DNA of 63,966 nucleotides, filler included, from Reticulomyxa filosa (taxonomy: Eukaryota; Protista; Foraminifera), in the NCBI GenBank assembly GCA_000512085.1. It is 10 parts of 10 records of this genome, joined end to end, with 100 filler letters (N's around TTAATTAATTAA, not from the genome) between each part and the next. Parts side by side here need not be neighbours in the genome. Positions count along the whole stretch, not along the records: positions 27,890 to 32,656 come from ASPP01023464.1; positions 32,757 to 39,475 come from ASPP01006714.1; positions 39,576 to 50,600 come from ASPP01006675.1; 7 more parts are not named here. The stretch is one strand, 5' to 3'. Every line of letters begins with the position of its first letter. Within the stretch, counting starts at the first letter, position 1. A program made the position numbers and the translations under genes. The notes beneath the pieces were generated by a model. The model ran no database searches and had not been told where the DNA came from. It was given only the letters and a program-made list of their open reading frames with translations. Of this stretch, positions 29,327-41,354 are shown piece after piece.

Positions 29327-30074
29327 AAGTTTATTTGTTTTGTAAGCTTTTTCACAATAAAATGATGTAAACTTGTGAACGCGATTTTCTTTGGAAAAAA
29401 TGAATCGCTATGCGCTAGGTCTGATCCTTGCGAATTCTTTTTTTTATTTTTAAAAAATCACTTACGAAAAATCGCTTTGTATTGAATAGAAATAAAAATT
29501 GCAATTTTCGCTTCCGCTAAAGCGACTACAGGTAAAATTAGAAAAAAAAAAAGTCTTTTTGTGATGATAATCAGGAAAGCCGAGGCGCTTAGTGGCCTTT
29601 CACAGAGAGAGAGAAAACTAAAGGACCACAGATGATTAAAAATCCTTCTGATAACAAAAATAGATTTTTTTTAAAAAAAAATTCGTTTCAAATTTTAATA
29701 GTAGTTTGGTTGTTTGTGCTTAGGTCATTTTGAGCGGAGAAATGATGAAAATCAAAAGTGGAAATTTGTTTTTTGCAACTTGGGCTCTGTGGAGAATTCT
29801 TTTTGTTTTTTTAAATTTGAAATGTTAATAAAATCTTCAACTTTCGAAATTACCTCAATTTCAAATCCTGATTTCTAACGTAAAGTATTGAGATAAAATC
29901 TTGAGCTTGCTCTTTTTTTTGAAATTCCGATAAAATAAAAAGGATCACATCGGACATATTGCATTGACTTTGGGTCGCATAGAAAAACTGTTTTCTCTCA
30001 AAGATAGTCAAGCAAGTTAAGTCTAAAATGTGGTGTGAGTTTGAATTGTTGAACAACATTGGTTTTATTTTGTT

Positions 30075-30703
30075 TTAACAATTCGAGGAAGTTGTTTCAT
30101 TGTCAACTGGGCCAGACTGGACATATCCACTTTCAATGTCTTTGATAATTTCATTTTGTGTTGCACAAGTGGGATCTGTTGTGCAAGCTGTGAGCTCATT
30201 TTGCTTATTTTCTTGTTCAGTTTCGGTTGGATTTTTTTCTTTTTATTATCTCAGTATTACTATTGCTATTATTACCATCACGATCACTATCAATACTTTC
30301 ATTTGAATTTGTATTTTCAGTTGGACATTTAACCTCATTTTGATTTTGTTCATCGATTTTTATATCAGTTTGGTGAGTTTGAACGGGTGGTGAAAAGTTT
30401 TGCGAAGTGTTATGTAATTCGGGTTCTTTTTGCTCTTTTTCTTGCTTCATTTCTTCCCTTTCAACTGAAATTTCGTTATTAACAATTATTCCTTCGTTTT
30501 CATCTGGACCATCACCACGTTTTTCATCCTGATCGCTTTGATCATTATTGCTATTGTCCAACTCACTCAATACATTCTGTACTAACGTTGCCATTTGTGC
30601 ATGGTCATTGTTATTGTCCTCTAGAAGTTGTTGAACATTTGCGTTAGGCTCAGCTGCATTAACAACAGGAGCGAGATTGGCATTATTGTTATTATTATTG
30701 TTA

Positions 30704-30741
<38 letters not shown>

Positions 30742-32618
30742 GTTATTATTATTGTTATTGTTTTGATTGCCAATATTTCGGATAAAATTTGGTGGGTTAG
30801 GATTATCAGCATTTCTCACAATGCGAACACGTTGTCGACTAATGGTGACACGAGAGCGCCAAGCAAAAAACAGGTAAATGACAGATCCGACAACAACTAA
30901 ATATATTACACAAATAGATAATAAAAGTATATACATATACGTATGTATGTTTCGTGTATATAGCAAAAAGATCAAAAACGAGAAAGCCAAAACATAGGAT
31001 CTCTGCATAATCAACCCAGCCCCAAAAGAACCCCATAAAATCATTGTGAGAATCTTCGGAATAGTCTTTAATGACATAGGAAGCAATGACGCCTTGCTCA
31101 AATAGAACGACGACATAGCCTTGAATGTCGTCTTTGTGTTCCGTTTGGGTGTGATAGAGTGAGTTGTCAGAAGAATTGGTAGTAGTGTTGCGAGTGTTGA
31201 ACAAGGCCCTTTCGGTTTCGTTCAAATGAACGCAATCATATCCAAAGGTTTCAAGTGATGCATGATGGGCGTGGGTGAAAATTCCAACAAAACATCCCAA
31301 GCAATGGAAGAATCTTTGTCATAGTGAGGTTTTTGATAAGGCAGCTTATCATTTTTTGATTTCTGTTGTTGCTGTTTAGGTTTATTGTTATCTCTCTTTA
31401 TTTGAAAAGGGATAAGTTCGTCAATGACTGGAGTAAAGCCCGATAGTTGATCATGCCAAAGGGATACGGGCAAGTTTACTTCTTCCGGCTCTGTTGTCCA
31501 AGGTTTTTTCTGCAACACCAAGATGCCGTCCATATTGTCCAGAAAGGCCAGCATTTGTCCGTCCCTTGACAAACACGATTGTCGAAAGGTCGTTTGAGGT
31601 TTTAAATTGACAATATCCACGGTCTCGTCGCATCCGTATTCAGAAGTCTTTTTTTTTTTCCCCCCCCCCCCAATTGACACACTCTCATTTAACATATACA
31701 ATATATACAAATATAAAGACACAGTGGCAAGTGTAACTACAGATATGAAATACGGCGTGGCAGATGCAACAACACTGGAGGCACCCAAAGATTTGGACAA
31801 AAACGGTTTTGGAGTGACGTAAGACCGAGTGGATTTGGAAGTCTTGCTAGGCTTATTTGCCAAGTGAGAATTGCTCGTGCTTGATCGTGTTTTTTCATAA
31901 TACATGCTTAAATCTCGATACAGATAAGAATGTTCAATCATTTTCCACACATTGTCATTGTCACTATTACTATTGTTATTATTCTCATTAAGGACTTGTG
32001 TCGCTGCAGGAGTGTTGGTAGACTTGTGTTCGTTAACAACATGTCCTTGCGGAGTAACTACATAAGTCTGAGTCTTTTCTTGCTTGCCCACACTGGTTTG
32101 TTGTGCTGTTTGCTTTTGCCATAGCGCGACTTCGACGGAAAGTCGTTCACTTGTTTCGGATTGGACTAGCAATACCAACAGATTCTATATACATATATAT
32201 ATATATATATATATGTAGTGTGCAGACACTCGATTTTTAATTGAGGAAAAAAAATAAAAACTAAAAACGAAACAGTGTCAATAGCGGTGAAATCTTTGAC
32301 ATAGCTGTGACTATAATCGGGGTTTCTCCTGAGGGCGTCGGTCCAATCGTTGGAAGTGGAGTTGGCAGCGATGAAAGTGCACGGGTCTTGACGGACGGAA
32401 GGGTCGCGAAAGGCCTGCAAAGAGATGGATCGAAACCAGAGATCGTCGTAGCGAAAGGAAAAGAACAGATGGGAGTCGGAGACGGCGATGCTTGTCAGCA
32501 CTTGATCGTGCAAAAGACTGGAGCTGAGTCCGTCGGCGTCGATGGTATTGAGAATAACTTGTCCAACCCATTTTAATTCAAACGAGTGTTTTTCCATGAG
32601 TGATGAAGAAGAAGATGT

Positions 32619-32656
<38 letters not shown>
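30075..32656 (-). CDS. Hypothetical multi-exon protein: beta-propeller-like region, C-terminal TM helix, poly-Asn cytoplasmic tail (5' end at gap)
   Basis: ORFs 32166-32597, 31222-32178, 30839-31300 and 30217-31116 with intron-like spacers; SRDGQMLAFLD-type blade; hydrophobic ILCFGFLVF/VVVGSVIYLFFAW. Confidence 0.55.
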
Positions 32657-32756
32657 NNNNNNNNNNNNNNNNNNNNNNNNNNNNNNNNNNNNNNNNNNNN
32701 TTAATTAATTAANNNNNNNNNNNNNNNNNNNNNNNNNNNNNNNNNNNNNNNNNNNN

Positions 32757-32800
<44 letters not shown>

Positions 32801-34012
32801 GTAAAGATGTACTGTCGTCGCAATCCTGAATTGGCTATCCTCTTTGAGTCTTTGCACAACGTCATTGTCACTGTTATCGTTGTCTCGACTCTGGCTCTGG
32901 CTCTGGCCCTGGCCTTGGGAAGGGTCGTCATCACCGCTTGCATACGACAGCGAATCCAAGCGATGTGGGAGCACGTCATCTTTTATATGTTCGGTCTCCG
33001 TGTCTCCTTTCCTCCAGTTGTAATTGTCATTGTGCATATGCGTGAGCATGTAAGCGGAAGGATGAGTAGCATTGAGATTCAGATTCAAATTTAAATTAGA
33101 GTTAGAATTAGAATTAAAGTTTGGATTTGAATTTGAATTGGGATCAGCGGATGAGGAAACGATAGAGTGCATCGGTAATGCGACCATATCGCGAGGAGGA
33201 CGGGCGTGAAGAAAGGGGGAAAAGGATCGACTCGATGACTGTCTATTGCGACGTTTGTGCTCTCTTTCTTTGATATCTTCATCTTCTTCTTCTTCTTCTT
33301 CTTCTCTTCCTTCGTCTCCACTTTCGTGCAAAGCTTCTATCAAAGTAGTCTCCAATGTCGTGTTACTTTGAATCATTGGAATCGGGGGAAGCGATATCGC
33401 TTTGATGACTTTTGTCGTCGATTTTTCTTTTTTGTTTGTTTTCCTTTTGGCTTTTGCCTTTGCTTTTGCTTTTGCCTTTGCTCTTGCTTTTGCTTTCGCT
33501 TTTGCATTGGTCTTTCTTTTAGCCATCGATTGCGATGTTGATACTGACTTTGAATCTGATCTCAAAAGCAATTTAGACTGGGGGTTCTCTGTTGACAACG
33601 AAAGCTCACCCGTTGTGTCTGACGAAGAATCACTCTCTGACGACAGCAACAAATCCATGTCGCCGTTTTTTATTGGCGTTGCTATCACTTTCATTGTATC
33701 CACTCTTGGGGGCATCATCCTTGGTTTTACTTCTTTTTGTTCTTTGCTCTTCTTCATCACAATTGGACGGCTTCGTGTATCAACTTTTTTCACACTCTCT
33801 TTGTCGTCGTTCTTTTTTTCCATTGATGCTGCTCGGTTCCTTGGAGACATTGACAAATTCAGATCTTTCTCTTCTTCCGTTTTTATTTGCTTTCTTCCAA
33901 AGTATCCTAACAACGGATTCCCAGATGGGAGCACATCATCCACAATCGTGCGTCCATCTTCGTCCACCGCTCTAATTGTCTCCACATTTTCAACTCCCTC
34001 CTCCAGGTCCAT
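32757..34012 (-). CDS. Low-complexity hypothetical protein segment, possibly the 5' part of the 30075-32656 gene
   Basis: 435 aa open frame with AK, E and N repeats running into the gap. Confidence 0.5.
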
Positions 34013-34312
34013 ATCTTCATCTGCGGTTTTTTCCTTCTTGGGGGAGCAATATCCAACACATACAAAAAACGATCGCTAAGTAACATACACAGAACATATC
34101 ATCCGTCTTTTTTTTTTTAAAGCAATGAATACATAAAATGAATAATGTTCTAATCTTTAATAATATTAAACTTTTCAAAAAAATGAAAGAAAATATTATC
34201 AATTTTTCATTTTGGTGCCGTTTATAAAAACTAAATGCACATCTGGATTTACCAGAATGCACAATATTACCGCACTAACTGCAAGTAAAGTTTCACTCGG
34301 AATGTGGAACCT

Positions 34313-34414
34313 TTTGATGGTAATCAGTTCATTTGTTCTGGATCAAATGATAAAACAGTTTGTATATGAGATATTGAGATCAATAAACAAATTCAATTAT
34401 TAAACGAACATTAA
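34313..34414 (+). pseudogene. Isolated single WD40-repeat fragment with nonsense mutation
   Basis: Reads FDGNQFICSGSNDKTVCI*DIEINKQIQLLNEH*; the WD Trp codon is TGA at 34367-34369. Confidence 0.8.
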
Positions 34415-34720
34415 ATGTTATTTTTTCATGGAAAAATCAATCATTTTCATAAAGTGCCGTTTTACGTGTCAATTTTCTTTATTATTCTACTGTAGATATT
34501 TATTAAATTATTTTTGGATTGTTAAGCTTTCTTGTTCAATGAATATTTTTTGAAAATACTGAAATTTCATGATTATGACACAAACACAACTGAATAAAGA
34601 AACCAAAATCAAAACCACATTTAAAGACGACACTGTTTATAGATATTTCTCATGAAAAATCAATTATCTCTATAATATGGTATTTGGATTTCAAAATTTA
34701 TTTCATTATACTGTATTTGA
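34411..34720 (+). repeat. Dispersed AT-rich non-coding repeat, copies B (34411-34495) and C (~34604-34720)
   Basis: TTAAATGTTATTTTTTCATGGAAAAATCAATCATTTTCATAAAG..GTGTCAATTTTCTTT..TACTGTA, and CATGAAAAATCAATTATCTCTATAA..TACTGTA. Confidence 0.7.
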
Positions 34721-34859
34721 AAATAATTTTATCAAAATCATAATCCGTCCTAATTTTATCTTTAAAGTTCGAATCCAATGTTGTATAACAAATTCTATTT
34801 CCTTTTTTGGCTGTTGAGTATTTGCAATGTAAAATAATTTATTTGTGTTTGACTACAAA

Positions 34860-35815
34860 TTTTGAAGGATCACATTCACGCACTTTTGTCTTCATGTGAG
34901 TTGTTACTGTGGTACTTTTGTCCTCTAATGATGTGTATAGTAGTATTTTTTTCATTTAATATTGCAGCACAATCATATAATGAACTTGGTAAAGCGTTTT
35001 GAAAGTAGTCCATTTGTTTTCTTGAGTTGAATGTTTATGCACTGATTGTGAAATAACACTGTCATCATTTCATTCAAAATTCAGTCCACCAAAGAACAAG
35101 ATAATATCATAATACGCACATATGCATATTCATAGAATGGTGCAATATCATCACAAACAGACAGTTTATGAAATTGAAAAGTATTATTATTTTCATTTAT
35201 TCGATTAATAGCCATGTATCATAACAAAATAACAGCGTTTCATAAATTTTTAAATTTTTTTCTTGTTCTTTTTCTTTTGATACAAAGCAATGAAACCATA
35301 TCGAATTATTAGTTGGTAAGGTATCATGTTTAATAAATTGAAATGTATTTAAATCAAATATATTAATATTATTGTCCTAAGTAATAATAACAAATTATTA
35401 TTACTTCCACCAATCACTGCACGTGCTCCAAAATAATTATCATAATCTCTTCCAATAATAATCGGATAATTGTCTGTAAAAGGAATCTATTGATTGTAAC
35501 TGTTTGATTCCTTTAATTTTTTTGATTTATTAATTTTATTATCATTAATATTATCATTGTCATCGCCCCAAACACTTACATATTTCATCACTAACGTATA
35601 TTTATTTTTTTCATCCCAAGAAGATCCAAAAGACAATAAAGTAATTCCATTACTGTCTTTGTTATTGTTTTATCTATTAGTTCTATACACAATGACCAGC
35701 TAATGTATATTCTGTGGATACTCACAGATAAGCTTGTATTCGTTTTTAAGTGTATGACAAGAATAACAACTGTTGTTCCGTTGACATCCACAAATGAGGA
35801 TTTCGTCTTATGGTC
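34860..35815 (-). pseudogene. Pseudogene of a Kelch-like beta-propeller family
   Basis: Fragments EILICG, CYSCHTLKNEYKLICEYP, ITLLSFG, TLVMKYVSVW, YNQ*IPFTD (TAG at 35487-35489), GARAVIGGSNN, FDLNTFQFIKHDTLP, VCDDIAPF, ILFFGG, IHIIRG, THMKTKVRE, with several frameshifts. Confidence 0.8.
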
Positions 35816-36225
35816 TTATTTTGCTTAGTCGTTGCATATGTAAATTTAAGTTTTATTCAATACAGTTGAGATTTCAAAAAATAACTCAACGAGTAGAACC
35901 AAAGCCGCGAAACGGCGACTCAATAACTCGCTTCCATTTGCAAGAAAAGTCAATTTTATGTCATTTCCGAAAATGATCAAAAAAACACTAACTTTTTTCA
36001 CTTATTACCGTTTTTATTAGTGTAGAATTGTCATAAAAAGGCCGCAATTAGTTTTCGGATTATCAGTAAAGTAGATAAACCAAGCGAATGTTCAAAAAAG
36101 AGTGAAATCATTTAGAACCAAACAAAAAACTGTTGAATTTGTTAAAAAAAGCAGAAACTTAAAGTTTAGAATTGTGTCAATTTTTGCGTGATTTGAAAAG
36201 ACCTTGTTAATTGCTGTAATGTAGA

Positions 36226-37356
36226 TTAGCCCCAAATTCGGATTGTCTTATCATAAGAGCATGACACGATATTTTTGTCATTTGGTGAAAAATTTGCAGT
36301 TATTACTCCATTTGCGTGCCCTTCTAATTTTTGCAACTCTTTACCAGACTTTGTTTCCCACAGTCGAATTGTTTTGTCTCTTGAGCACGAAACAATTAAT
36401 CTACCATCTCGATTAAATTGTACATGTGTGACCAAACTGGTATGCCCTTCCAATATTTTCAGCAATTGTTTTGAAGCCAAATCCCACAATCGAACTGTTC
36501 TATCGTTTGAAGCAGATACAATATACAATCCATCTGGAGAGAACTGTGCCGAATTTACTTCTGCAGTATGCCCTTCAAGTGATGCAATTTGTTCATATGT
36601 TACAATGTTCCAAATAATAACCCTTGCACTACTGCATGCAGCTACAACCATCAAACCATCCGATGAAAAATGCACACTTCTTATGGGATTCATATAATTT
36701 CCCAAAGTAGTTATTTTCCTTGTTGTTAAAACATCTACCAATTCGATTACTCCAGTTTCCGAACAATATACAATTTTAGTACCATCTGGCGAAAATTGTG
36801 CCATTTCCACTTTAATTCTGCAATTGATTTTTGATATTAATCCTGTATCTATGTCCCACAATCGAAGTGAATCATCATTACAACATGATAAAATAGTAGA
36901 GCCATCTTGAGAAAAATGTAATGATTTACGAAATGATCATGACGAAATTCTCTCAATACAATCCCTGAAGCAACATCCCAAACATATATTTTACCATCAT
37001 TTCCGCAAGATATAACTATGCTACAATCCGGTGAAAATTGTACATCACATAACATTCCCCAATAACCTTTGAAAACTTTTAATCTTCAAAGACCATTACC
37101 TAGAATCGTCCATAAAATTCGTTATCATTTTTTTAACATCAAACAAATTTAAGCAAAAAAAAAAAAAAAAAAGAAAATTAAATATAAATATTTGTCCAAC
37201 ATATTCTGTAATAATGCGATTGAAATCTGGAATCCATCCCCAAGAGATACTCGCAGCTCGAAGCCAATTACTCAGAACAATGACAATGTATCCTTTATAA
37301 TCCCTTGGGATTGGTTTGACATCATCTTTCTGCTTGATATTTGTAATATTGTCCAT
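36226..37356 (-). CDS. WD40-repeat protein (about 7 repeats) with family-type N-terminal exon; two 1-nt frameshifts (~37081, ~36920), so either error-containing gene or young pseudogene
   Basis: LEGHTAEVNSAQFSPDG..SASNDRTVRLWD, LEGHTSLV..DKTIRLWE; N-terminal VLSNWLR..WGWIPDFNRIITEY. Confidence 0.88.
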
Positions 37357-37627
37357 TTCTTTAGAGGATAGTACTCCCTTTTTATGTATTCCTTTCAAAA
37401 AAACTCGTTGTAAGAGGACATACCATTAGTGTTCATTTATACACGTTTATTAAATTTTTAGCATTTTGGATTTTGTCAATCTCCATCGTGCAAAACTTTG
37501 TAAGCGAATATTTTATGGCCAAATGTAAATCGATTCCAAGTATAATCAAGACAATCTGCTTGAAAATGTGAAAAATTTTTGGGACGTGTCAAACGACAAG
37601 GAGGACTTTGTAAAAAAAAGAAAATTC

Positions 37628-38664
37628 ATGTGCGCTTTTAATTTTTCAAATAGGATTTGTTATAGACTTGGCTCTACAACATTGAGCCCAAGGTTTCAAA
37701 GTCAGTATTTAGGGTCATATCGTTTATTCTCACAACAAAAACAAAAGCCACAAAAACCCCAAGAAAAACAGTTCCAGCAAAAGCAGCAAGCACAACAATC
37801 ACCACAACAAAAGCAGCAAGCACAACAGTCACCACAACAAAAGCAACAGCCACAACAGCAAAAGCAACAGCCACAGCAACAAAAGCAGCAACCACCATCA
37901 CAACAAAAGCAGCAACCACTATCACAACAAAAGCAACCACCATCACAACAAAAGCAACCACCGTCACAACAAAAGCAGCAACCATCACCACAACAAAAGC
38001 AATCATCACCACAACAAAAGCAACCATCACAACAAAAGCAGCAACCACAACAAAACAACAGTCACAATTGCAATCCTCACAGCAGCAATCGCAATCAAAC
38101 AACACATTAAAAAATGAAAAGTCAAAAAAACCAGAAAAAAGTGAAAAGGCCGAGACGATTGACAAGTCAGAAAAAGGGTTGAAAGACACTCCAACGAACA
38201 CAGCGAATACAGTGAAAACAGTGAATGCAGTGAATAAAGTGAACACAGAAGAGTCATCAGATACACCAGACCAAAGGATTCAAAGCTTGCTTCGAGTGCG
38301 AGCGTATCGCATGGGCTTGAATGACCCCTTTGATATGAACTCGCATAAGCAGGGACAGACAACAACTGACCCGCCGAGGATCGGCCTCGCAGTGCACCCC
38401 AAAGCAAAGGGCACGCAATACGAAAAGGCTCCCCCGATGTACTTGGGGGGCGTGGGAAATACAGAACTCAAACGTCAAAAAAAGTTTGGGCGACTTGTCG
38501 GTATGTCTTTCGGAATATTTGCACTTGCCATTTACATTTACAATATCAAAATGAGAGTATCTATGGATATCAATGACGTCGTCATTAAGGAGTTAGAGGC
38601 CGAGGCCATGGAATTATATCAATCAGGCAAAGTTAATTTTGTTGCACAACCTAAATCCGAATAA
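37628..38664 (+). CDS. Putative mitochondrial single-pass protein with Gln/Pro/Lys repeat and COA3/CCDC56-like C-terminus; 1-nt frameshift near 38053
   Basis: Presequence-like N-terminus ending YRLFS; QQKQQP repeats; TM LVGMSFGIFALAIYIY followed by VSMDINDVV. The family call is tentative. Confidence 0.5.
37733..38070 (+). repeat. Coding minisatellite (CAACAAAAGCAGCAACCA-type units; QQKQQP)
   Basis: Direct reading. Confidence 0.9.
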
Positions 38665-39660
38665 ATGATGGGAGGTCTCTTCGATGCAAAAAAAAAAAAC
38701 GAGGGGAGAAAGTAATTTGTATCATTCTTTTGGTGTCACTTTTATTTTTGACAAGTCATCCAAAAAATTTGGGGGCTTGACAAAGAAGAGTTTTTTATTT
38801 GTTGTTAAACTTGGCCCTGCCATAAGAAAAGGGCGATATAAACTACACAAAGAAGTTACTTTTGATCACAAAAAAAAAAAAAAAAACCACAAAACTATTC
38901 AAACATTCCAACAATTCAAATTTTGATGGAACCAAACGCTTTTTTATATCAAGATTACATCTTGAGTGGCGAGAAGTAAAGACAATAACAAAAAAAAAAA
39001 GGTACATGCATCCGCACACTCATGCAACTTTTTTGTTTCCTCCCCTTTCCCGTCTTGTTTTTCCTTTTAATTTCTCTTCCATTGAAAAAGAAGAAAGATA
39101 AAAATAAAAAAATAAAATGCGTTAATAGAATTATCAAAAAACTTTTTCTTTTATAACAACTGATGAACACACATTAGAAAAGAAAAGAAAGAAAAAAACA
39201 AAACAATATATCATTTGTCAAACAAAGAATATCTGTATGCTTTGGACGCTGCTGTGTCTGTTTCAATTTCTTCAAATTCACCTAGCATTTCTTCTTGTTT
39301 TCGCAATTGTACTAGCTCTTCTTGCTTCCTCTTTTTCTCTTGTTCAATATAACGGCCAATGGACTTTTGAGCCAATCGAATTCGATGAGCGCCAATCTAA
39401 TAACAATAGCAATATATGTATATATTATAAAAAAGAATTAATCATAAAAATTCAAATTTTTTTTTTTTTTTTTTTNNNNNNNNNNNNNNNNNNNNNNNNN
39501 NNNNNNNNNNNNNNNNNNNTTAATTAATTAANNNNNNNNNNNNNNNNNNNNNNNNNNNNNNNNNNNNNNNNNNNNACCTTCTTTTTTTTTTTTTTTTTAT
39601 TCATTCATAATAATTTGTACCCCCCCTTCCCCCCTTTTTTTTTTTTAATGGGTTCAATAG

Positions 39661-39825
39661 ATTGAAACTACTTGCGCTGGACATGCTACTGAAATCGCTA
39701 GAGATATGGACTTGAACATGTATGATGGCATATTGGTATTGGGAGGTGATGGCATATTGTCAGGTACTTTTTTTTTTTTTTTAAAAAAAAATAAGTTTAC
39801 AACAAATCTATTAATACTAGTACGC

Positions 39826-39857
<32 letters not shown>

Positions 39858-40816
39858 TGATAAATGGCCTTTATACTCATAAGGAAGACGTGGAGAGGGC
39901 ATTGAAGATGCCACTTTCCATTTTACCTTGCGGAAGTGGCAATGCGTTGGCTTGTGAACTTGGATGGAGGCCATTATTAAATGGGGTTCGGTATTTGTTA
40001 GATGGCTTGTATATTCCGTTAGATGCTTACGTCGCGCAACAATACAACTCGAAAAATGTGCTGGGCTTTGTCAGTACGCAATGGGCCATTGTGTCTGCAG
40101 TGGATCTAGAAAGTGATGCTTATCGATGGATGGGAAAACTTCGATTCGATTTCAAAGCCTTTTTGGAATTCGCAAAATGCAAGTTCTACGATTGTCGCAT
40201 TTATTATCGCCAAGTCCCTTCCAAACCTTTGAAAAAAAATAAAAAAGAGAGCGAGCTGAATGAAGATCAACAGCGCGAACAGGAGGACCATTCCTGGTGG
40301 ATGAAATTAGATCATGATCATCCCGAGAGTTTTTACAATCAAACCAATACTGATACCAATCAAACTGCCTCTGTTGTTTTTCCAAAAGATTGGAAAAAAG
40401 TTGAAGATAAAATTGGACTATGCTGTATCACCAATTACACTACTATCAGTGAAAGTGTGCTCATGGGTGGGGATGATATGACTCTCAATAATGGAGTGTT
40501 GAAGCTGGTTTATTCTACCAAAACTCATCGTGGGGAATATTTTAATATTTTAATGTCTATGGATACTGGTATTTCCTACATTCATTACTTGTATTACAAT
40601 ATAACATATACATATATACATATATATATGTATATATCTTCTTTTTTAATAACAGGCAAATTCGCAAAAAGTCCAAGTGTCAAATCTGTGAAAATTGTCG
40701 AAGCTGTCATTGAACCTTTAGAAAAGGGTCCACCTATCGACGTGGATGGTGAAGCTAGACCTACCAAACCCACTTATTTGAAAGTATTACCACACAAACT
40801 TGTAGTAGCTTGTTGA
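39661..40816 (+). CDS. Sphingosine kinase / DAGK-family lipid kinase, 3' part (5' interrupted by gap; 39237-39420 may be its hydrophobic N-terminus)
   Basis: ETTCAGHATEIA, LGGDGILS-EVINGL, LPCGSGNALA, VDLESDAYRWMGKLRF, IDVDGE. Confidence 0.9.
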
Positions 40817-41354
40817 ATCTTATTGTATTTTAAAAAAAAAAGTGAACAAACCAAGACTGGTGATGTTATTGTTGTGTTTCTTAGCTCACTTTCTCCCTTC
40901 TCAAACATTCTTCGACTCTATCTTTTCTTACTTCCAATATACTTAAATATGACATTGAATATTAATTCCTTCTTAAAATATTTTTTGCGTATAACAAGGT
41001 CAACTTTAAAAAATATTACTAATTCTTCAAATGATGAAATAGCCAAAATTATAAACACTTTATTTGTACATAAAAATCAATTATTAACAAACAAATATTT
41101 CACACAATCTGTTTTTTAATCACACGTTTGTAATTTTTCAATTGCACTTGCACATAGTAATTTCATTATATTAAATTTATGTAAATAAATACTTGTGACA
41201 ATATTACCAAAAATTATGTTGAGCTTTTTTTAAATGGTAAATGCGAATCTGCAAAGGAAAGCAGAAATATTGTGCATCTTCAATTTAAAGAATAATAAGT
41301 AATTTAGCAAAAAATCATCCATTATCTGGATCAGTTTTCCCACAGAAAGACAAA

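Noticed and set aside
33402-34079. Hydrophobic 225 aa plus-strand ORF
   Set aside because: Antisense of the K/E-rich minus-strand ORF.
34367-34369. TGA/TAG at Trp positions as evidence of a non-standard genetic code or selenocysteine
   Set aside because: Seen only in frameshifted fragments. Intact genes use TGG for Trp and end in TAA, TAG or TGA.
37674-38246. Cys-rich metallothionein-like ORF 37702-38058 and Val-rich ORF on the minus strand
   Set aside because: Reverse complement of the QQKQQP minisatellite.
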